A stretch of DNA of 64,000 bases, from NCBI GenBank assembly GCA_963747235.1, contig CAVVEU010000024.1, positions 160,001 through 224,000 on the forward strand, read 5' to 3'. The notes below the pieces were generated by a model. The model was not told the origin of the DNA, searched no databases, and saw nothing but the letters and a program-made list of their open reading frames with translations. Both the position numbers and the translations under genes were made by a program. Source of the DNA: an uncultured Candidatus Rokubacteria bacterium (lineage in GTDB: Bacteria; Methylomirabilota; Methylomirabilia; Rokubacteriales; CSP1-6). Within the stretch, counting starts at the first letter, position 1; each line of letters opens with the position of its first letter. This document shows, piece by piece, positions 12,549 to 21,354 of this stretch.

Positions 12549-15502
12549 ATGGCCGATCGGCGCGAGCGCGAGCTGCTGCTGGGCATCTTCCTGATGGAGG
12601 CCTGGGATACCGCCGGGGCCATCGAGGAAGGGCTCGACCGGCTCACCTCCGCGGAGGCCCCGACCGAGGAGGCCCTCGCGACGCTCGTCGTCTTCGCGCA
12701 TCGCCTGAAGGGCTCGGCCGCGCTCCACGGCTTTCCCGGCGTCTCGGAGCTGGCCGGCGGGACCGAGCGGCTGCTCGAGCGCGCCCCCACCGCGTCGGCC
12801 GAGGAGCGGGCGCGCTCGGCCGTCTTCCTGGACGGCCTCGTCGGTCTCCTGAAGGAAGTCTTCGACGGCATCAGCGCGGTCGGGATGGAGGACTCGGCCC
12901 GCATCGGGGAGTTCAAGTCCCGCTATCCCATGTTCTTCTCCGCCGCGGTCGTCGCGCCCCGTCCGGTCGTCGAGCCGGCTGCCGACACATCGCCCGAGCC
13001 GTCCATGATCGCGCCGGCTCCGCTCCGGTCTCGCCGCTGATCGCCGATCTGCGGCGGTTCTTCGCCGAGGGCGGTGAGGTTCTGGAGTACTTCGTGCCCG
13101 AGGCCGCCGAGCATCTGGAGGCGATGACCACGGCCCTGCTCGCCATCGAGGGCGGCGCGCGCGACGAGGACACCCTCGCGACCGTCTTCCGGGCCGCGCA
13201 CACGCTCAAGGGCGCGGCGTACACGGTCGGCTGCGCGCCGCTCGGCGACGCCACCCACCAGATCGAGGATCTCCTCGACGCGGTGCGCGAGCACCGACTT
13301 CCCGTCACGCCGGCGGTGACCGAGGCGATCTTCGCGGGAACCGCGGCCATCAAGCGGGTGCTCCAGTCCGGGGCCGCGGTCTCCGACGAGGCCGCGCAGG
13401 CGCTGGAGCGCGCGACCCGCGACCTGTGCGTCCTGACGGCGTCGGAGAGCCTGCGCGAGCGCGCGGCCCCGCGGCCCGCGGTCGAGGTTCCCGAGCTGGT
13501 CGCGGCCGAGGCGCCGGAGCCTCGCGCTGCCGGCCTCGGTGGAGCTGCCGGCCTTCGTCCGGCCGGAGTTCCTGGCCCGGCTCGAGGCGCTCCCGCGGCC
13601 GGCCCCCCGCGCGGCGAGCGCGCCGACCGGTCCGAGCATCCGGGTGCCGGTGGAGCGGCTCGACACCCTGATGAACCTGGTGGGCGAGCTGATGATCGCG
13701 CGGAGCCGCCTCGACCGGCGTCTGGCCCAGCTCGACCAGGTGAGCGAGCTGCTCCTCGCCAGCCGCACGCGCCTGGGCCAGGTCGGCCGCGACTTCGAGT
13801 TTCGCCGGCAGGCGCCCACGATGCCTCGCGACGACCGCGCCGAGCGCGACGACGCGGGCGAGCTGCGCGACATCTCGGAGCTCTTCGCCGAGCTCGAGTT
13901 CGATCGCTACGACGACATCAGCATCCTGGCCCGCAGCGTGACCGAGATGTCGGCCGACGTGGCCGAGGTGCAGAGCCAGCACGCGATCCTGCTGCGCAAC
14001 ATCCGGGAGGATACCGTCCAGATCCAGCGCCTGACCGCGGCCCTCCGCAAGGAGATCACGCGCGCGCGCATGGTGCCCATCGGCCGGCTCTTCGCGCGGG
14101 TGGCCCAGCAGGTGCGGGAGGCGGCGCGGGCCACCGGGAAGGCGGTGACCCTCACGGTGCGCGGGGAGTCGGCGGAAGTGGACAACGGAATCATCGAGCA
14201 GATCGCCGACCCGCTGTTGCACCTGATCCAGAACGCGGTCGCTCACGGCATCGAGTCGGCCCCGGAGCGCGAGAGCCGCGGCAAGGCGGCCTCCGGCCAC
14301 GTGACCCTGTCCGCGTCCCAGGAGGGCAGCTTCATCCTGGTGGAGGTGGAGGACGACGGGCGCGGGATCGACACCGAGGTGTTGCGCCGGCACGCGGTGG
14401 AGCGCGGGTTCCTGCCCGCGGCCGAGGCCGCGACGCTGCCCGAGGGTGAGGTCCTGAACCTCATCTTCGTGCCGGGCTTCAGCACCGCCTCCGCGGTGAC
14501 CCAGACCGCCGGCCGCGGGGTCGGCCTCGACGTCGTGCGCACCAATGTGAGCCGGCTCAACGGCGAGATCCACGTCGAGACCGAGGCCGGCCGCATGACG
14601 CGCTTCGTGCTGAAGCTGCCCCTCACGATGGCGATCGCGGACGCGCTGATGGTGCGGTGCGGGTCGGAGACCGTGGCGTTCCCGCTCACCGCGGTGAGCG
14701 CGATGCGCTCGGTCGCGCCCCACGAGATCCAGACCGCGGGCGGGCGGGAGACCGTGCAGCTCGACGACCGGATGATCGACCTCGTCCGCCTCGATCGGGC
14801 CCTGGGCCTCGTCGCGGCTCCGCCGCCCTCGCGCCTGCCGGTGGTGGTAATGCGCGGCGGCGGCAAGCCGTTCGGCGTGGTGGTGGACGAGCTCCTGGGC
14901 AAGGAAGAGATCGTCATCAAGAACCTGGGCGCGCTCGTCGACGGGATGGGCCCGTTCTCGGGCGCCACGATCTCGGGCGAAGGTCGCGTGATCCTGCTCC
15001 TCGATCCGACCCTCCTCCGCGAGGCGGCGGCGCGAAAGCCGGCCGCCCCGGTGCGCGAGCCGGCAGGCGCGTCGCTCGACGACCTCGCCCCACCGTCATG
15101 CTGGTGGACGATTCGGTGAGCATCCGGAAGTTCGTGGGCCAGATGCTGGAAAAGGCCGGCTTCCAGGTCGTCACCGCGATCGATGGCCACGACGCGCTCG
15201 AGCAGCTCCTGGAGCGGACGGTGGACGTGGTCGTCACCGATCTCGAGATGCCGCGCGTGAACGGGTACGCCCTGATCGAGGACCTGAGGCGTCGGCCGGC
15301 GACCCGCGAGGTCCCGGTGATCGTGATGACGACCCGAGCGGGCGACAAGCACGCGAACCTGGCCCATCGCCTGGGCGTGCGCCACTACATCACGAAGCCG
15401 GTGGACGAGCAGAGCTTCGTACGGATCGTCGAGTCGGTCGCGGCGGGAGAGCGGGCGCTCGAAGTGGCCGGCGTCCCGCGCGCCGGGAGCCTGGTGGACT
15501 AG
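12549..15502 (+). CDS. CheA/ChpA-like hybrid kinase (Hpt-Hpt-dimerisation-HATPase-CheW-REC); frameshifts near 13020, 13520 and 15085
   Basis: AHRLKGSA and AHTLKGAA Hpt motifs; LMNLVGEL, HLIQNAVAHGIE, DDGRGID, GRGVGLDVV; C-terminal LVDDS...TDLEMP...ITKP. Confidence 0.92.
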
Positions 15503-15505
15503 GCG

Positions 15506-16399
15506 ATGGCCGACGCCAAGGTGCTCGTGGTGGACGCCAACCAGGACAGCCGGGTCGCGCTGGCCCATGCGCTCGCGGAGGCCGGCTACGAGGCGGCGGT
15601 CGCGACGAGCGGCTCGTTCGCGCTGACCATGCTCGAGTGGGAGCAGCCCGACCTCATCGTGAGCTACGCCAAGGTGCAGGACATGGACGGCTACGAGCTG
15701 TTCACGATGGTGCGGCGCGATCCCGCGACGAAGGACACGCCCTTCCTGCTCCTGGCCGGCCGCGATCGGCCCATCGCGCTGGCCGCCACCGAGGCCGGCG
15801 TGGACATGACGGTCACCGGGGACTTCACCCTGGCCACCGTGATGTCGCGCATCAAGGAGCTGCTCGGCGACGAGCCGCCCGCCGCCCCGGTGCGCCGCCC
15901 GGAGCCGCCCGCGGCCGCCAAGGGGCCCGCCAAGATGCCGGCGCGGCCGCCCGCCGCTCCCGCCGTCGCGGCGCCCGCCGCCAAGAGCGCGCTCGAGCCC
16001 GGGCGCAGCAGCTTCCAGGGCTCGCTCGGGGTGATGGACCTGACCGAGCTCACCCAGGTCATCTCGCTCGGGGTCAAGACCGGCGAGCTCCTGCTGTCGC
16101 TGTCGGGCGGCGAGGGGAGCATCCTCTTCGAGGCGGGCCGGGTCATCCACGCCGAGTTCGCGGGCAAGACCGGGGAGCCCGCCTTCGCGGCGATGGTGGG
16201 CGCCTCCCAGCGGGAAGGCGAGGCGCGCTTCTGCTTCAACCGCGCCGAGCGCGAGACGCTGGCGGGACGGCCGCGCACCATCTCGCGCAGCGTGGAGCAG
16301 CTCCTTCTGAGCGTGGCGCAGGCGATCGACGAGGGAACCCAGGGAGCCGACGGGCGCCGGGAGGCCGCCGCCGCCCGTGGACCGCGGCGGGACGGATAG
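15506..16399 (+). CDS. Atypical receiver domain + Pro-rich linker + DUF4388/PatA-N-like domain
   Basis: REC-like fold lacking canonical residues (VVDAN, DLIVSY, no KP); FQGSLGVMDLTELTQVISLGVKTGELLL...GSILFEAGRVIHAE. Confidence 0.8.
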   Translation: MADAKVLVVDANQDSRVALAHALAEAGYEAAVATSGSFALTMLEWEQPDLIVSYAKVQDMDGYELFTMVRRDPATKDTPFLLLAGRDRPIALAATEAGVDMTVTGDFTLATVMSRIKELLGDEPPAAPVRRPEPPAAAKGPAKMPARPPAAPAVAAPAAKSALEPGRSSFQGSLGVMDLTELTQVISLGVKTGELLLSLSGGEGSILFEAGRVIHAEFAGKTGEPAFAAMVGASQREGEARFCFNRAERETLAGRPRTISRSVEQLLLSVAQAIDEGTQGADGRREAAAARGPRRDG

Positions 16400-16402
16400 A
16401 TC

Positions 16403-17284
16403 ATGCCCAAGGTGCTGGTCGTAGACGACAGTCTCAGCGTTCGGAAAGTCGTGCAGCGGGCGCTGGAGTCGAAGCGCATCGAGGTGCTGTCGGCGGCCTC
16501 GGGAAGCGAGGCGATGGAGCAGATCGCGCGCGAGGCGCCGGACCTCATCGTCTGCGACGTGATCATGCCGGACATGGACGGCTACCAGATCTGCGACTTC
16601 GTGAAGAAGCATCCGACCCTCGGGCACACGCCGGTGCTGCTGATCTCGGGCATCGTCAACAGCACCGTGCTCGAGCGCGCCGCCAAGGTTCGCTCGGATG
16701 ACGTGATGCGGAAGCCCTTCGCGGCCGACGAGCTCCTGCATCGCATCGAGAGCCTGCTGCCCGCCGCGGGGCGCCCCGCGCCGGCCGCTGCGCCCCCGCC
16801 GGTTGCCGGGGCTGCCCCGACCGCGTCGGCCGCGGCTCCGACCCCGGCGCCCGAGCGTCGTGCGCCCCAGCCCGAACGCCCGGCTCCCGTCGCGGAGCCG
16901 GTCGCGGTCGCCGCGCCGGCGCCTGCGCCGGGTCCCGATCTCAAGGCGTTGCTCGCCGGGGTGGCCGAGCTGGCCGGGGTCTCCCTGATCGCGCTGATCG
17001 ACCGCGAGGGGGCCCTGATGGAAGTCGCGGGCGGGCTCCTTCCCGAAGCCGAGCTCGCGGGGGCCCTCGCGGCTTGTCTCGTCGAGTCGACCGACGGGGT
17101 GGGCCGGGCCCTGACCCAGGGGCGTCTCCAGAGCTTGATCCTCGAATACGACGCGGGTGTCGTGCTGCTGAATGCCGTCGGTGCGGGCGCGATGCTCGCG
17201 GTCGTTCTTGGCGATCCGGCGGTGCTCGGCAAGGTGCGGTACCACGTGAAGAAAGCGCTCCCGGACCTGGTCCGGGCGGTGTGA
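16403..17284 (+). CDS. Receiver domain + Pro/Ala linker + roadblock/LC7 (MglB-like) domain
   Basis: Canonical REC (VVDDS, VCDVIMP, MRKPF); C-terminus GVSLIALIDREGALM...LQSLILEYDAGVVLL...LGKVRYHVKK. Confidence 0.85.
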   Translation: MPKVLVVDDSLSVRKVVQRALESKRIEVLSAASGSEAMEQIAREAPDLIVCDVIMPDMDGYQICDFVKKHPTLGHTPVLLISGIVNSTVLERAAKVRSDDVMRKPFAADELLHRIESLLPAAGRPAPAAAPPPVAGAAPTASAAAPTPAPERRAPQPERPAPVAEPVAVAAPAPAPGPDLKALLAGVAELAGVSLIALIDREGALMEVAGGLLPEAELAGALAACLVESTDGVGRALTQGRLQSLILEYDAGVVLLNAVGAGAMLAVVLGDPAVLGKVRYHVKKALPDLVRAV

Positions 17285-17295
17285 GGCCTTCCTCC

Positions 17296-20233
17296 ATGAG
17301 AACGTCCTATCATTCCGTGTCCAGCGCCCAGCGACTCTCGTCGTGGCTGATGGCGGTGCTGGGGCTGGCCGCGTATGTCGGCCTCATCTACGTCCTGACC
17401 CTCGTGCCTCTTCAGTTCGAGGTGCCGCTGCCGAAGTGGGCCGTCGCGAGCATCCCTCCGGTGGCGTACGGCCTGCTGGTCTGGCTATGGGTTCGCCGTC
17501 CATCCGTCGTGCGCTGGCTCGTGGGCACCGCGGTCCTGAGCGGCCTCCACGTCTTGCTGAGCATGTCGCGGGAGCCGCTCAGTGCGCTGCTCGATCCGGC
17601 GCTCGCGGGGCGCGCCCTGCCCTGGATGCTGCCGCCGCCCTTGCCGGAGCTGATCGGCGTGATGCTGCTCCTGGTGCCGCTCCGTGATCTGCTGCACGCG
17701 CCCGTCCGCCTTCCCCGCGAGCGGAGCGCCGTTGCCGCGCGCCCGTCGGCGAGTCTTCGGGCTCGCGCCGCCACGCCCGCGCGCGTGCAGGCCGCGCCCC
17801 CGCTCGAGGGCATGGGATCCCTGAGCGACGCGCTGCTCTCGCGAAACGAGCCGGCTCCCGAGCCGGGCGTGATTCCCGCTCCGATGATGCCGATGGCGCC
17901 GCCCCCGCCCCGCGCCGGTACCGGACGAGGAGCCCCGTCGCCGCCGCGCCGCCGCCGCGAAGCGCCGGCGCGAAGCGCAGCCGGCCCGTGCGCCCGGCCG
18001 ATCGGAAGTGGTGCTGCGGATCGCGCTCGACCGCGTCATGGACCAGTTTCCCCCCGGCACCTTCCTCGCCCCGGAGGATGAGGTCGCGGCGAGCCTGAGC
18101 GACCCCGGCTTCCTGCGGATCTCGGGCGAGCTCGTGGTCACCCAGCTCTCGGAAGGCGTGGCGCGGGTCGCGTGGAACGATATCGCCGACCAGTTCCCGG
18201 CCCACCTGGTGGGATTGAGCAAGGCCGAGATCGCCGAGCACCTGGGAGACGGTCTACGGCTTCCCCTCGATGAGGTCATCAGCCAGTTCCCGCAGGAGCT
18301 GTTCGTCGCGGACACGCCGGAGGTCGAGATCCACGGGCTCCACCGGATCCCGGTCCCGTTCCATCCGATGGAGGAGTCTGCCGCGCCGAGCGAGACGGCC
18401 GCGGTGATCCCGCCGGAGCCGGAGATCACACCGGCACCGGAGATCAGGCCGATGCCGCTGCTGGACGCGCCGACCGCGGCGACGAAGGAGAGCAAACCGG
18501 TGCCGCCCGCGGTGCCGTCGTGGATGGCGCCGCAGCGCGTGGAGCATCTCGATCCGGTCGAGATCGAGGCACCCGCCGCGCCCCAGCCGATCGAGGTGCA
18601 GGAGCATGAGCCGGCCCCGGTCGACCGCTGGGCCGCCGCTCCCGAGAGCGACGAGCCGACGGTGCGCATCTCCTGGAGTCGCGTGGCAGCGGAGCTTCCC
18701 GTGGAGGCGTTCAACGTCCCGCTGGACCAGGTGGCCGAGCGGATGCGTCAGCCCGGCGCGCTGCTGATCCCGCAGTCGCTCGTGCTGCCTCAGCTCGCGG
18801 AGGGCCTGATCCGCGTGGGCTGGGACGTGATCGCGCCGCAGTTCCCCCGTGAGGCAATGGCCGTGTCGGACACGGAGATGGCGGAGCGCCTGCCGAACGG
18901 CCTTCGTCTCCCGCTGGACGAGATCGTCCGGCAGGTTCCACTGGATCTCTTCATGGCCGTCGGCCCGGCCGCCGACGTCCGCGGCCTCGAGTACTTTCCG
19001 GCGCCCTTCCAGCCCCTCGTGTCGGATCCGGCACCCGAGGCGCCGGTCGAAGCGCCCGTTCCCGAGCCCGAGATCGAGACCCCCGGGATCGAGACTGTAG
19101 TCGCCGAGGAGTCGCGGGAGCTCGTGGTCGAGCCTGCGCCCGCTCTCGTCCTGCCCACGGAACCCGAGCCCATCGTGGCCGACGATCCGGTGGTCGACCT
19201 CGTGCCGGATCCGATCGAGGAGCTTCCGGTCGTCCCGATGGTCGAGCCGGACCGTCCTCTCGATCTCGACACGCACGTCGTGCTCGACGAGCCTTCGCGG
19301 GTCGTGACCGCTCCGAGCCCGGCGATCGCGCCGGCCCGCGCGCCGCTGCCCCAGCCCGCATTCTCCTGGCCGAAGCCGTCGCCGGCCCGGGCCGCCGTCA
19401 CGACCTGGGCCGATCCGACGCCGGCCGCGCCGACCCCCGCCGCGCTCGTCCCGGGCCCCGCGGAGGCGGCGGAGGCCAGGCGCATCGTCGCGCTGCTGGC
19501 GCCGATCGCGTCCTTCGACGTGAGCGTCCAAGCGGTCGAGGGCGTCACCGTCTTTGCGATGGCCTCGCCCACGGTGGCGCATGAAACCGCGGTCGCGGTG
19601 GCGGGTCTCGCGCTGCCCCTGTTCACGGATCGCCGTCCGCCGTGGCCGGTGGATCAGATCACGTTGCGCGGGCCGGAGACGGCCGTCGTGCTGACCCCGC
19701 TCGGTGGTCCGGGCGATCGTGGCCCCGTCCTCGCGGCCGCGGCGCCCCGCGGCGGCGCCCTCGCGCTGCTCGAGATCCTCTGCCGGCGCGCCGCGGACGA
19801 CCGCGCCGGGCGCCCCGCGGGCCCGGGCCACGATGTGGTTCCGGCGGTCAGCTCGAGCCTGGCCCCGGCGGCGGTGCCGAGCCGGGCGGCGGCTCTCACG
19901 CGAGGGCTGACCGCGTTCGGCGACGTCACCGCGTCGGTGCTGAGAGACGCGGAAAGCGAAGCGGTTCTCTACTTCTTCCTGCCGGCGGGAGACGACGTGC
20001 CCGCGGTGGGAGCGTTCGCGCAGGACCTCCACGCCGTGATGCGCAAGGCGGCGGGGTCAGGCGCCGTGTTCCGGACCGCGATCCTGCGATCCGGCGACAC
20101 GCTCCTCGTCATCCAGCCCGAGGAAATCGGGCATGGGCGGTCGATCGTCATCGTCGCGGGTGGATCCGTCACCCGGCCCGGCTTGGCCTATCGCCAGGTC
20201 GAGCGCGCGGCGGCGACGCTGATGTCGGCCTGA
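17296..20233 (+). CDS. Large hypothetical membrane protein: ~4 N-terminal TM helices, duplicated ~119-aa domain, Pro/Glu linkers, two degenerate roadblock-like domains; frameshift near 17910
   Basis: ORFs 17074..18081 and 18008..20233 appear to be one gene; the internal repeat and C-terminal pattern are visible in translation. Confidence 0.65.
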
Positions 20234-20242
20234 GGCGACTCG

Positions 20243-20860
20243 ATGTCGATCATCAACTACGCGCAAAAAGAGATCAGCTTCAAGATCGTCTACTACGGCA
20301 CCGGCGTGGCCGGGAAGACCGCCAACCTCCAGTACATCTACCGCGGGCTCCCGGACGTCAACCGCGGCAACATGGTGTCGCTCGCGACGGGAGACGATCG
20401 GACCCTCTTCTTCGACTTCCTGCCGGTCTCCGCGGTGACGGTGCGGAACTTCGTGGCCAAGTTCCAGCTCTACACGGTGCCGGGCCAGATCTACTACAAC
20501 ATGACGCGCAAGCTCGTGCTGCGGGGCGTCGACGGCATCGTCTTCGTCGCGGACTCGCAGTGGGATCGCCTGCCCGAGAACGTGGAGAGCTTCAGAAACC
20601 TCGAAGAGAATCTCAAGGAGTACGGGTACAATCTTGACGAGATCCCGTACGTGATCCAATACAACAAGCGGGATCTGCCCAACGTGGCTCCGGTGGAGTA
20701 CCTCGAATACATGCTGAACCGGAAAAGTCGGCGGGTCCCGTACTTCGAATCGGTCGCCGTCGAGGGCAAGGGCGTGTTCGACACGCTCAACACTGTCTCT
20801 CGCATGGTCCTCGTCGCCGGGTTCGGACAAGAACAGGGGGCGCTCAATGAGTCTAAATGA
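20243..20860 (+). CDS. mglA: MglA-family small Ras-like GTPase
   Basis: KIVYYGTGVAGKT, DRTLFFDFLP, LYTVPGQ, GVDGIVFVADSQ, QYNKRDLP. Confidence 0.95.
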   Translation: MSIINYAQKEISFKIVYYGTGVAGKTANLQYIYRGLPDVNRGNMVSLATGDDRTLFFDFLPVSAVTVRNFVAKFQLYTVPGQIYYNMTRKLVLRGVDGIVFVADSQWDRLPENVESFRNLEENLKEYGYNLDEIPYVIQYNKRDLPNVAPVEYLEYMLNRKSRRVPYFESVAVEGKGVFDTLNTVSRMVLVAGFGQEQGALNESK

Positions 20861-21335
20861 CAACCTGGCCATCCACGAGGAGGACGCGCAGCGGATCAAC
20901 GGCGTCCTCCTGCACTTCCTGGGCGAGTCGGGTGCGATGGAATCGCTCCTGATCGACCGGAGCGGACAGCTCCTGGCGCGCGGCGGCGCCTCGCGGTCGC
21001 TCGACACCGTGTCGCTCTCCGCGCTCGCCGCGGGCGCGTTCAGCTCGACCGCCGCGATGGCGCGGCTGCTCGGCGAGACCGAGTTCACCATGCTGTTCCA
21101 TCAAGGCGTGAAGGAGAGCATCCACGTGGCCGCGGTGGACGAGCACGCGATCCTGCTCGCCATCTTCGACAGCCGGACCACGGTGGGCATGGTGCGTCTC
21201 TTCGCCAAGGAGGCGGGCACCGCGATCGGGGCCATCCTGGCCGAGACCCGGACGCGGCCTCAGCGCACCGGCGTGCTGTCCACGCCGCTGGGCAAGGACG
21301 AGGTGCAGTCCTCGCTGCGGGAGCGTCCGGTCTAG
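20847..21335 (+). CDS. mglB: MglB roadblock protein (MglA GAP)
   Basis: LIDRSGQLLA, DTVSLSALAAGAF, LGETEFTMLFHQG, FDSRTTVGMVRL. Confidence 0.92.
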   Translation: MSLNDNLAIHEEDAQRINGVLLHFLGESGAMESLLIDRSGQLLARGGASRSLDTVSLSALAAGAFSSTAAMARLLGETEFTMLFHQGVKESIHVAAVDEHAILLAIFDSRTTVGMVRLFAKEAGTAIGAILAETRTRPQRTGVLSTPLGKDEVQSSLRERPV

Positions 21336-21354
21336 CTGACGGACACCGACTACC

